A program made the translations under genes and the position numbers. From Spirogloea muscicola (Eukaryota), in assembly GCA_009602725.1 (NCBI GenBank), contig WELB01000003.1, positions 72,053 through 110,566 on the forward strand: a DNA stretch of 38,514 nucleotides, given 5' to 3'. The notes under the pieces were generated by a model. It was given only the letters and a program-made list of their open reading frames with translations, had not been told where the DNA came from and ran no database searches. The first letter of the stretch is position 1. Every line of letters begins with the position of its first letter. Positions 24,916-35,545 of this stretch are shown piece by piece.

Positions 24916-25345
24916 TCTCGAGACCCGAAGTGGCCAGTGGGGGGGGAGCGGCGGGGGGAGCCTAGGCCGGGCCCACCCCGAGCCGTGTCTCGAAGCGGGC
25001 GGCTAAAGAAGGGCCACGGGGGCCCACCTGCTGTCGGCCACTTGGGCGCCTTTCAACTAAACGGACAAGCGGCTGCCGGCGCATCGGCGGCGGCGGGGCC
25101 TCCCCTCCCGTCAAGAGATGAAGGCATCATCTCCCCGTCTGCCACGACGTCCCGGGTCGGTTGGGGATGGGGGGGCTTCCCCAATGGTGGCCTCCCTCTC
25201 GAACGTGGGGCCAAAGCGGGGCCGCCCGGGCCGGCCCGCTGAATGCGGCGCACCGCGGAAGGCGGCTTGGCGCGCACGTGCGCCGGCCTCCTAGATCCCC
25301 GCTGCGCGCCGAGCGGCCGCACGGGCGGGCCCGGCTTGGCGCGCG

Positions 25346-25846
25346 NNNNNNNNNNNNNNNNNNNNNNNNNNNNNNNNNNNNNNNNNNNNNNNNNNNNNNN
25401 NNNNNNNNNNNNNNNNNNNNNNNNNNNNNNNNNNNNNNNNNNNNNNNNNNNNNNNNNNNNNNNNNNNNNNNNNNNNNNNNNNNNNNNNNNNNNNNNNNNN
25501 NNNNNNNNNNNNNNNNNNNNNNNNNNNNNNNNNNNNNNNNNNNNNNNNNNNNNNNNNNNNNNNNNNNNNNNNNNNNNNNNNNNNNNNNNNNNNNNNNNNN
25601 NNNNNNNNNNNNNNNNNNNNNNNNNNNNNNNNNNNNNNNNNNNNNNNNNNNNNNNNNNNNNNNNNNNNNNNNNNNNNNNNNNNNNNNNNNNNNNNNNNNN
25701 NNNNNNNNNNNNNNNNNNNNNNNNNNNNNNNNNNNNNNNNNNNNNNNNNNNNNNNNNNNNNNNNNNNNNNNNNNNNNNNNNNNNNNNNNNNNNNNNNNNN
25801 NNNNNNNNNNNNNNNNNNNNNNNNNNNNNNNNNNNNGACCAGGCAG

Positions 25847-25926
<80 letters not shown>
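25346..25926. other. Assembly gap (N 25346-25836) followed by an approximately 80-nt poly-A run
   Basis: Seen directly. The homopolymer sits at a contig edge and is likely unreliable. Confidence 0.95.
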
Positions 25927-25929
<3 letters not shown>

Positions 25930-26385
25930 ACCGCCCCCCCCTGGCCCAGCTGCGATCCCCACTAAAACGAGCCAATCCGCCCAGCCTCGCCCCACCCCAC
26001 CAAGTACACAGACCGTCCTGCACGCTGCTCCTCGCACTTGTACTCCTGTTGAGCCATTCACCGCCACCGCCGCCGCCACCGCCGCCGCCGCCGCCGCCGG
26101 CGCCGCCGCCGCCGTCGCAGCTCGGCTTCCCTTCCGGCCCCTCCACCCCCTTCCCGCCAGGTCTGCTGCCCGCGCTAGCTGTTGCTCCCCTGCCCACCTG
26201 CCCATTCGGCACTCACTGGGAGCTTGCCTAGGCAGCGGCACTCGCAGACGTTCCGGGAACTGATCCTGAATAGTGGGCAGTCGACTGAGGGCTTGAGCTC
26301 CAAGCGTGGCCCACTGCTGATGCGGCTGTCTCGCCTGGCGACTCTGCAGACCTCAGATCGGGCGCTCGCCGCCACGACAGCTGCG

Positions 26386-27219
26386 ATGGCCCGCTCCGCC
26401 CCGGCGCTCTGCCTGGCCGCCGCGCTCGCCGCGGCTCTGCTGCTCCGGCCAGCCGACGCCGCCAAGCCGCTGGACAGCTCCTGGAAGACCGTCACCGCCT
26501 CGTTCTACGGCGGCGCTGACGCGTCAGGCAACATGGGCGGCGCCTGCGGCTACGGCAACGATGTGTCGTCCACGTACGGGCTGTACACGGCGGCGGCCTC
26601 CACGGCGCTCTACTCGGAGGGCCTCGCGTGCGGGCAGTGCTTCCAAGTGCAGTGCGCCAACTCCAACGCCTGCATCGTCGGCAAGACGGTCACCGTCACC
26701 GTGACCAACTTCTGCCCCAACAACTGGGCGCTGCCCAGCAACGCCGGCGGCTGGTGCAACTTCCCGCGCCAGCACCTCGACATGTCGCAGCCGGCCTTCA
26801 CCCAGATCGCGCAGTACAGCGCCGGCATCGTGCCCGTCCAGGTTCGCCGTGTGCCCTGCCTGCGCAGTGGCAGCATCACCTTCGGCCTCGGCGGCAACAC
26901 TTTCTGGCTCCAGGTCAACATACGCAATGTTGGCGGCTCTGGCGACATCAGCAGCGTCCAAGTGAAGGGCAGCGGTGCATGGCTCACTATGGATCACGAG
27001 TGGGGTCAGAACTGGTCGGTGGACGCCAAGCTGGGTGGCCAGAGCCTCTCCTTCAGGCTCACTACGATGACCACCGGCGAGACGCTGGAGGTTGCCAACG
27101 CAGCCCCCTCAAGCTGGCAGGTGGGCAAGACTTACCAGGCCGGCCAGTTTGGCAGCACCGGTTCCTCCTCCTCAAGCAAACAGAAGAAGGTGTCCAAGAA
27201 GAACCGGCGACTCTTCTAA
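26386..27219 (+). CDS. Alpha-expansin (EXPA-type), intronless CDS, 277 aa, with basic C-terminal tail
   Basis: Signal peptide. Motifs ASFYGGADASGNMGGACGYG, GLACGQCFQVQC, TVTNFCPNNWALPSNAGGWCNFPRQHLDMSQPAF, GIVPV..RRVPC, NVGGSGDI and WGQNW. Confidence 0.96.
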   Translation: MARSAPALCLAAALAAALLLRPADAAKPLDSSWKTVTASFYGGADASGNMGGACGYGNDVSSTYGLYTAAASTALYSEGLACGQCFQVQCANSNACIVGKTVTVTVTNFCPNNWALPSNAGGWCNFPRQHLDMSQPAFTQIAQYSAGIVPVQVRRVPCLRSGSITFGLGGNTFWLQVNIRNVGGSGDISSVQVKGSGAWLTMDHEWGQNWSVDAKLGGQSLSFRLTTMTTGETLEVANAAPSSWQVGKTYQAGQFGSTGSSSSSKQKKVSKKNRRLF

Positions 27220-28140
27220 AACTTTAGATCAGGTGTACACTAGCGGTCATGTGCCTCGCATGACCAGGGTGTGTGGTAGTGGCAAGGCGTGAGTTGAGTG
27301 TGTCGAGTGTGTAACAAGCAGAGATGGCGTACCTGGTTGAGAGGAAGGTTGCCCTCCGCAGCAACTTTTGGCCGGCTACGGGCAATACTCGACAGCTGCC
27401 AGCAATGTAAATTGCTGCCGTAGATGCTGCTCTGGGCAAGCTTCCAGCTGGGTGCTGCAGAAAGAATTTCTTTCTGAGTGCAGCACTGACGTCTTAGTGC
27501 GGAAATAGATAGTATACTTTTTTGCCGCCCAGAGTGGATCGCTAAAGTGGCCATTTTCTGAGGTAGGTTGATATAGTAAAACTCCCCACTCAGTAGACCA
27601 TCTACCTGTCCTAACTTGTAATGCAACTAAATAGATTGAAATAATCTTCCCACATCAACGTTTTTTTCTCTTTCAATATCTGATAGTCTCTGGCAAAGAA
27701 CTTACCAATTTTACTCAGCATTCAATCGACATTAAGTTTGATTGGCAGATTATTTCATATCTAAAAAATCACGTTCAATTCACTCAATAATGTATTGTTG
27801 CCACTAACTGAGAGTTTCGTTGAATAATCTGGCAGCATGATTGACCGCATCAGTATTGTGACTATCTTGGCAAGACAGGCTTCCTAAGGAACTCATTGGT
27901 ACATAAACGTCAGAGCCCCTCCATTTGAAGTCTGTGCCATTAATGATTTTGCACAACGCTCTTCTGACGAGATGTGCCTGCTAATTGAAGTACATCTAAG
28001 AGATGGCTTATCTAAACCCTGGCGGGAGGCAAATTGTTCACTAGTGTACAACTGAGTGCAAGCTTACTAAGGCCTGTCCTGAGAAACAATGCCACACGAG
28101 TGACCATCACCAGTAATATCGACCATGTAACCCAAAATTG

Positions 28141-29719
28141 TCATGGATTGGTTGAGGCGATGGCGAAATGACCAAGCTTGGACCCCCGCGGTTTTGTCTT
28201 GACTTCAGGGTACTGTCCTGCAGTATAGACGCTGCCTACGGTCCAGCCAGCTGGCACGGCATCATCTACCTGAAGTACCTTCCCCGTAAGAAGGCTAGTG
28301 ACACGGAAGGACAGCGCCTGTCCTTGGAACATCCCATCCGCTTGCCACGTCACCCCAAAGCTCTGCAGGATTGCGCCAATCGCTGTCAGTTTAACACGAG
28401 GGCCTCTCCTCAAACCACTTCTTATTTGTGACTATGCCTTCATGTCCTTACAGTGCAGTGCTTTCTAAGAATAAGAGGTTTTGTCCTTCCAGTGCAATGC
28501 TCTCTAAGATAAGAGGCTATCTTAGCTTCACAGATGGCTGACAGAGGCATACGCTTTCTTGCAGCCAAGTCTGTAATTGTTAGTCACATGGTTTGCTTAG
28601 CACAAACACAATTCTGCCACCAACCTGCGTCATTGTCACCCAATCGGTGTTGGTGCCCTTCACAGAGATTGCTGCAATGTCGCCATCTCCAGCAATGTTG
28701 CGAACATTCAGCTGTAACCAATTTGGATTTCCACCGACCTGCCACTGTATATTCCCACCCCTTGTGCATGGTACCCTCATAACCTGCAGACACAACATTG
28801 CTACTTAGTTGCTGTCATTCGGATTTCTTTAAGAACACATGATGTATGTTTGTTATGCCAGGTCTCCCCACCTCGATTGGACACTGTGCACAAAAGCCCA
28901 ATCAATGCACATGATACTGACGACCAGGAAGTAGATGGTTGCAGCGCACCTCAACGGGCACAACACCTGCGCTGTATTCAGCAATTTGCGTGAATGCCGG
29001 CTGCGACATGTCAAAGTGCATGTTGTCGCCGTCACACCAGCCAGGCGTGCTCATGTCCGTCCTTGGCGGGCAGTAGTTGGTTACAGTGATCTGGATGTAC
29101 GCGTCCTTGATGCACCCCACTGCATTTACGCACCTCACCTGCACAGGCGGCTCAGACGACCATCGGCTTCTGCGCAGCTTCCAGAGCTTTCAAGGACTGC
29201 TCACTTACAGCTTTCCAGTCAGAATTATCTCCAGTAATGCAGTCGTGCAGTTCTAAATTTGTAGACTATGGCTGTGGCTGTACCTGACATTGTATATGCA
29301 AGTGCGCTCTGTGCGTGGATTTGCATGACTCTTCTCTCTACCCAAAGTTGCAATGTGGTAGAGGCAAGCGGGGCATCTATGACAAGGTGATTGGACAGTA
29401 GACCCCGTGTCTTGCTATTGCGAGTTGAGGTCTTTGGAGTTCTCACCTGGTAGCATGCTCCACATGATTGTCCGTCCTTGAATAGCATGGAGGAGGCCGC
29501 CACCGTGCTCGTGCCAAAGCCGGCCGTGAACATGTCGCCGTACCCGCAAGCTCCGCCCGTGTTCTCAGCATTGGGGCCGCCGTAAAAGGTCGCCGTCATG
29601 TTGAAAGGCTGCCAGAAGTGTCTGCCGGCAGCCGCCACCGGGGTGCACAGCTGAGTGGCCGCCGCGAGTGTGAGAGCTGCTGCCCACAGGCAGGGTGCCC
29701 GCTTTGCCCGCAACGCCAT
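28141..29719 (-). CDS. Second alpha-expansin, 4 coding exons, about 280 aa
   Basis: Exons 29719-29447, 29138-28950, 28783-28625 and 28362-28141, all GT-AG with phase-0 introns. Motifs ATFYGG...GGACGYG, GQSCGACYQVRC, TVTNYCPP...GWC...HFDMSQPAF, RVPC and LSFRVT. Alternative ATG at 29725. Confidence 0.95.
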
Positions 29720-30444
29720 AGTCATTAACGGCAGCGCGTATAACTCGCACTTTGCTTATAACTGGAATGTCTCTCAATGCGCCTTTGAGGGCTTCTATGA
29801 TTGTTATTGATTGCTTCTGCTGCTCGACATCTGCAGAGAACAACAAGGAGCGTTAATTGTAGTGCACTGCCGCAAGGCACACGCTCTCTTCCTCACAATG
29901 CTGTTGAACCAAGATCTTGAGCTTGCTGGGACGCAGCTTGCTCTGAGGCACTAAGTAAGCTCTAGCCACTCAATGGCGACTGATTGCGGTCCCCCTCAGC
30001 CTTCTCTCACGATCACGACGATAACGACGAGCTGCAGCTGCATGGTTGCTGTCGCAGTCACTTTGATCGACAGCGAGTGGCAGCCGAGCTGGTCGACGCC
30101 ACAAGCTGCGCCGCTGCAGCCCTGCATTCGGCAGCTCGTCGAGGACCGTGCCTGTCCTGTCACGTCAGTGGCGAATGGAGGGGCCGTTGCAGCGTCGCAC
30201 CTGAGATGCCTGTGGCATCAGCTTCGCCACTGCAACAAAGGCTTGTGCTCCGACGGCGGCCTCCCGACGGCCGATCGTGTATCGCCAGCGGACTGCCGGC
30301 AAGGCCGCCGTACTTCGCTCACGCAACGAGCTCTCGCCGTCGCCGGGGCAGGGGTGCCGCACTACGGCGCACGGAGGGCCGGCCAGCCACCGCAGCAGCA
30401 AGCCGGGGGCTCGGCGCTCGAGCTACGGGCATCTGCCGGAAGCA

Positions 30445-30505
30445 GCGGCGGCGGCGGCGGGGGCGGCGGCGGCGGCGGAGGGGGCGGCGGCGGCGGCGGC
30501 GGCGG
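30445..30505. repeat. (GGC)n microsatellite with interruptions in a GC-rich promoter-like island upstream of expansin 2
   Basis: Seen directly. Similar tracts lie at 1-60, 15190-15220 and 26060-26115. Confidence 0.85.
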
Positions 30506-31179
30506 GTAAGGCCGGAGCTTTGGAGTGAATGGGGGGCCGGCTCGGTCCTGCAGGCCGAGGCGGGCCAGGAGATGGGGACCTGCTCCCCCTCCCTCCCTCC
30601 TCCCTCCCTCCTCCCCGCCCGTTGTGGCGCGGTCGCCAAGTCAGCTCCCCTGCGACGCCGCGCGACGCCTCGCGCCCGTCGCACGGCCGTCGCACGGCTG
30701 CCCTGCCGACAGGGCCCCCCCCCCCCGCCCCACGGGGGCCTGTCTCGCGGTCCCCGGTCGCTACTTCCTGACGGTGAGTTCCGGGCACTCGACTCGCCGC
30801 GCCGTCGATGGGCTCATCGGCGGCGGCCGCGGCCCGCTCGGCGGGCCGGGACTGGGCTTGGCGTCCGCGGCGCCTCGTTGATTGGTGGCCACTTTGATCG
30901 GTGGGCTCAGTGGGCTCAGCTGGCCTTTTTAGCCGCCGCTTGGCGGCCGTACCGACTGGCTGACCCCCCGATACGGAAAAGCCAATCTCCCCAACGGCCG
31001 ACGGAACCTGTACCTGGCCAAAGGCTGCCGCCGCTGCGCGCCGAGCGGCCCCCAGTCACGGCGGCGCGCCGCCCGCGCGCGCGGCGGTAGCGGGCCCCAA
31101 TCGTCGTTTGCCCGGCAGCAGATAGACATTGAGCTTTCTCCCTAACCTCGTTCGACATGCGCGGACCGCAACCTAGAAA

Positions 31180-31400
31180 AGAGCAGAAGGCGCGCGGTGC
31201 GCATGAGATTAAAGCTAGGCCAATTCAAGCCAATACATTGTTCAGGCAGAAAATGCAGAAAGTGCAAAGAATGCAGCGCAAAGAATGTGGCTACATGAAA
31301 TGACGCCCTATACTAGGAGGGCCGGAGGTGCCACAGAGTGGGGGAAGCCGTGCTGACGGGGGCCAAAGGAAAAGAAGAAGAAGAAAGTGCTCGCCCTAGA
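31180..31400 (-). mobile_element. CRE-like 3'-end fragments (subfamily C terminus at about 31183-31250; short A-type end at about 31380-31396)
   Basis: Reverse complement matches 34920-34987 (tgcctgaacaatgtattggcttgaattggcct...catgcgc..cgcgcgccttct). Confidence 0.78.
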
Positions 31401-31544
31401 ACCTAGAAAGGTCACAGGCTGACCATCCTTCGTGGTACTTGTGACTTTCAGCGCTTTCCGTCCCCTTCGGACCTTGTCCATTACTTGGGCTGGCTTTCCT
31501 CAGCCCTGGCCCCCCTTTTGGACGGGCCCCCCCTTTCTCCCACC

Positions 31545-32470
31545 TAACTGCCTGATTGGGGTGCGCCAGTGCGAGTGCGGCTTCCGTGCAGAGTGTGCTG
31601 TGCTCGCCACTCACATGCTGAGATGCCCCACTGGACCAGAAGTGGTGGGCATTTACAACGTCGGCGTTGCGCGACGCCGGCTACCGAGCGGTCATGGAAG
31701 TCAACAACATCATGCCTATCCCCACTGACCTCCAGGGACGTCATCATCGCCGCACACTTGACATTGTGGGCGTGCAACCTGGTGGAGGACCACGGGCCCT
31801 GGTCGACGTTATTGAAGAGGAAGCGCGGCCAGATTGACTGGTGGCTGGGAAAGGCCAGCCCAAAAGAATGGACAAAGTCTGAGGGAGCCTGAGTGCGAAC
31901 GACTAGGACTAAGACATCAGCCAAGGGAACGCTCAATAACCTCTAGACAGGAGATGCAGGATGTTATTGCGGAGGCATATAAGGGCCCAGCATCGACACA
32001 CATCGCTGGGGCATGGAGTGGGCGGTGCAGAACAAAGATAACTGCGGCACTACTCCGATTACCCCCAATGCGATCAGCTCCTGCCAGCGGCAGTAGCTGA
32101 CATCTATGGCTGTCTGGGTCCTCGTTTCCACTCTCCTTCAATGTTTGGCTACACTTGACGTGCAGATGTGTTTCCGGTTGAGATGGGCTTGCCAGCTGCA
32201 TATCTGTCGCTCTTGCGACGACGAGTTTTGGCCTGTTTGCAGCGTGCTCAGGCTAGTGCCTTGCACCAGAAAGCTGGGCGAGCTCTAGTTGGTGGCAGAA
32301 GGGCTCCGTTTCTGGCATCTAGTATTCATGCATCGATTAGTGACCTTTATGTTTTGACCCGTGGTTATTGAGCTGGTCAATCTGCTGTAGGTCATGTAGA
32401 TCTTTAGATGTGCTTGCCTTTGCACTTGGCCGTTTGGCCTACATTTGTTTCTTATACACGGAATTATCCT
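31545..32470 (+). mobile_element. Decayed CRE-like copy (zinc knuckle, RLE and 3' UTR) interrupted by a nested 148-bp antisense 3'-end insertion
   Basis: QCECGF...HMLRCPTG zinc knuckle. RLE region matches 7842-8430 and ends YVLTRGY* (32371). Insert at 31815-31962. Confidence 0.88.
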
Positions 32471-32889
32471 TTGGACGGGGCCTCTACTGGAAGAGGGAGA
32501 CGTGGCTCCCAATAAGGGCAATGTCTGTGAAAATGAAGAAAATGCTCGCCCATTGAGGATAGGGGCTGGAAAAGCCAGCCCGCGTGAAGCCAGCCTGTGA
32601 AAAGGCAGCCCGAACTGAAGTGGCAAGGTTCGAAGAGGCCAAAAGCGCTGCCTTTGAGGTCCGAAGGTTCGAAGTGGCACTCCCCCATTGGGAGTGCCAC
32701 TACTTCTTTGGACTGGGGTAGGATAAGTCTTTCTCTTTCGGGATGAGCTTCATTCTCTCGCGGCTTCCTTGAAGAGGGCGCCAGTGAAGAAGGTAAGCTT
32801 ATTTTAAAGGGGGCGAGGGCTGTGAAAATGAAGAGAAGGGACCCAAATAGTGATGAACAAAAAGGAATGATCAAGATCTGAGGGGGGCC

Positions 32890-34360
32890 GGAAGAATTGC
32901 CACTCCCAATGGGGGCAAGGGCTGTGAAAAGCCAGCCCGAAAAGATCTGAAAGGTTTTAAGTGGCCAAAAAACGCTTAGCAGCTACGAAGGGGCAAGAAG
33001 AAGGGGCCTGAAGAAGCTATAGCCGTACGGGGGGAGGATGGACTACTCAGTACTTACGAGTGAGGAGCCTCAAATCCGACAGACTAGCTGCCGGGAAACT
33101 ATCCCCCTGACGAAAGCCGGAGGCCGCAGCGAGGGCACGGCCTGCACGCAGATGCAAGGCTTGGGCCATGGACCGCTGAAGGGAGACCGCCAATCTCATA
33201 CGATAGACTTGGGCCCACGAGCCAGCGGCGTTGAAGTCGGCCGGCTCACCGCGCCTGCGGGACACAGCGTGCTGCGCAAGCCTGGCCAGCAGGTTGAGCC
33301 ACTGGGACCCGAGAGCCCCGCGCACGTCCACAGCCAGGGGGACTCATCTGCAGCAGGGTGGTCGGCGTGTTTGGCCGCCTTGCTGCGAGCAGCCTTCGCC
33401 GCAGCATGGCCAGCCCGCGAGGCAGAGAGCCCCGGGTTGGAGCGGTCGACCACATTAGTGGTGACCACATCCGCGATGATGCGCGCGCCGCCACCTGACG
33501 TGGACGCTACCAGGTCGACACGGCGCGTGTGGAGTCCGTCGGCCCTCTGGAGGATTGGCATAATGGAATTGTTCTCCATCGCCACCGTGTATCCGGCCTC
33601 CTGGAAGTTGCCAAACATTGCATCACGGAGGAGGTCATGAGCAGCTGTACCAGTGGCCCAGCGGAGGATATGCGCCGCCAGCTCCGCCGGGTCCGTCGAC
33701 CGCTCCTCACACTCACACTGTAGCACACCAAGCAGACAAGGCGGGGGGAGACCCAGCAGGCGATGGGTGGCCGTACAGAACAGCTCATCCGGCATCCTGA
33801 GGGCATTGTACAGGGGGAGCGCGCAGAGCCAGGCTGCCGCGCTGGGGGAGGCAGCCGACAGCAGCCGAGCATGGCCGTGCACGTCGGTTGCAGGGAGGAG
33901 CTGCAGCGTGACCGTGAAGGACGCCTTGTCGACTGCCGCCATGTACCGCGCCTGCGCTTGCGATTCGGTGGTGTGGGCAAGGTGGGCAAACGGGACCACG
34001 CTCCCTGCGAGGGCAGGGAGCTCCGCAAGTAACTCGTCTTGAGCTGCGCGGAGCACCACCTGAAAAGGCAACGAGCCGGTCGCCACCTCCACCACAGTCT
34101 GCTGCAACAGGGGCCGCCCATCATGGAGGAAGCGCTGCGCCACCGCCGTGGCGACCTTAGCCCAACTGCCGAGGAATGCTGGCCTGCAGATGCGAGCGAG
34201 CGAGCGGCAGCCGAGGCCGCCATGGCTGGGGGGCAGAGTGGCCTGGTGCGTCGCAGCTGGCGAGTGGAGGAAGCCCGTGTGGCGGATGAGGGCCGCCACG
34301 CTCTCCATGACGCCCACGTCGAACGTGGTGTAGGCCGCCAGCACCTCGGGGCAGGGAAAA
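32890..34360 (-). mobile_element. Longest CRE-like non-LTR retrotransposon copy (post-RT thumb/linker, zinc knuckle, RLE, 3' UTR); 5'-truncated and frameshifted
   Basis: QATLPPSHGGLG, ARLLS...AAAWLCALP...F....RLLGLP, CECE...HILRW (C replaced by W) and RRVDL...IIADVVT...AARSKAAKH. Frameshift near 33343. Ends LLTRKY* at 33047. No YxDD RT core. Confidence 0.92.
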
Positions 34361-35290
34361 GAAAGAAAGCGCGGCCAGATTGACTGGTGGCTGGGAAAGG
34401 CCAGCCCAAAGGAATGGACAAGGTCTGAAGGAGCCGGAGTGCGAAGGACTAGGCAGGGAGGGGTCGTCCGCGCCAGGTAGTGGGGGCGCTGCATAATGCA
34501 TCTGGTGAGCAAGGCAAGACAAAGGTCTTTCCGCCGGCTCGCTACTCAGACTTGCATCGCCTGACTAAAGGTTACTGAGCGTTCCCTGGCTGATGTCTTA
34601 GTCCTAGTCCTTCGCACTTCGGCTCCATTCAGACCTTGTCCGTTCCTTTGGGCTGGCCTTTCCCAGCCACCAGTCAATCTGGCCGCGCTTTCTTCAAGAC
34701 GAAGGCAGTGAGTGGCTTTGAGGGGCCGGCCGCCAGAAGCAAAGAGAGAAGGCGCGCGGGGCGCAAAGTGAACACAGCAGGTGGGCCTGAAGTCCCCCTC
34801 TCCAGCTCCCCAAGTTAGCTTGTCAGATTTGTTTGTGCTCACCCGTGGGTACTAATGTCATCTTAGGTACCTTAGATTAGGTCTCCGTATTATGTAGCAT
34901 TGTTTAGTCTGCACTCGACTCTGCCTGAACAATGTATTGGCTTGAATTGGCCTCCCTTTCAATTCATGCGCCCCGCGCGCCTTCTCTCTCGGACCTTGTA
35001 CATTTCTTGTCGCCGCCTTTAAGAGACAAGCGCGGCCATGTTAACTGGTGGCTGGGAGAGGCCAGCCCACAGGAATGGACAATGTCTGAAGGAGCCGGAG
35101 TGCGTAAGGGAAAAGCAGCCCTTCACAAGGGGCGAGGGCTGTGAGAGAGTAAGGTCTTCCAAAGAAAAGAAATAGCTGATTAAATAAAGGCAGTGGCAGG
35201 GAAAGGCCAGCCCAATATGAAAGTGCTCGCCCACAGAAGGTCGGGGCTGGGAAAGGCCAGCCCAAAAAGAACGGACTAGGTCCAAAAGGA
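34361..35290. mobile_element. Dense mosaic of short CRE-like 3'-end fragments in both orientations
   Basis: B-type ends at 34361-34452 (-), 34545-34695 (+, SDLHRLTKGY*) and 35028-35110 (-). C-type ends at about 34742-34770 (-) and 34818-34990 (+, SDLFVLTRGY*). A-type ends at about 35190-35290 (-). Confidence 0.85.
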
Positions 35291-35545
35291 AAAGATATTC
35301 CACTGTTCCAGTGCTTGGGGCGTAGCACCGAGTGCAAGCTGCAAACTCATCCAGTTCCCCACCTCAAGTCTTTCTGACCCACTTCCTATGAAGCTCATTA
35401 GTCATTCTCAACTGAACTCATCAATGACTGACATTCTCAGAATGGCCGTGATACTGGGCTTGATCTCCACAAGAGAAGGACCAAAGCCATAAACTTGACC
35501 AACGAAGATGCCATGTGTCTCGATGCTACTCTACTGCATTTTAGT

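Noticed and set aside
25847..25926. Poly-A as the tail of a retrocopy or LINE
   Set aside because: It lies upstream of the intronless expansin, not downstream, and next to a gap. The local TE family ends in C/T tails.
25053..26241. Long ORFs with poly-K, poly-F and X runs
   Set aside because: They span the N gap and the poly-A at a contig edge, so they are artefacts.
26182..26385. N-terminal extension of the expansin ORF (345 aa)
   Set aside because: It starts at a non-ATG codon, and the signal peptide begins at ATG 26386.
29973..31090. 368-aa and 178-aa ORFs
   Set aside because: Low-complexity Arg/Gly/Ala translations of a GC island and microsatellite, with no motif.
34361..34512. N-terminus of the 438-aa ORF as a genuine element start
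   Set aside because: It translates a chained 3'-UTR fragment that happens to be in frame; the real copy is truncated at about 34360.
34585..34640. Hammerhead ribozyme in the subfamily B 3' UTR (ctgatg...)
   Set aside because: The sequence is CTGATGTC, lacking the CUGANGA core, and has no properly placed GAAA.
22243..35110. Dispersed ~90-150 bp repeat as a CRISPR repeat or tRNA-derived SINE
   Set aside because: Copies are not regularly spaced, no A/B boxes were seen, 5' ends vary, and longer copies include the retrotransposon ORF end, so they are truncated 3' ends.
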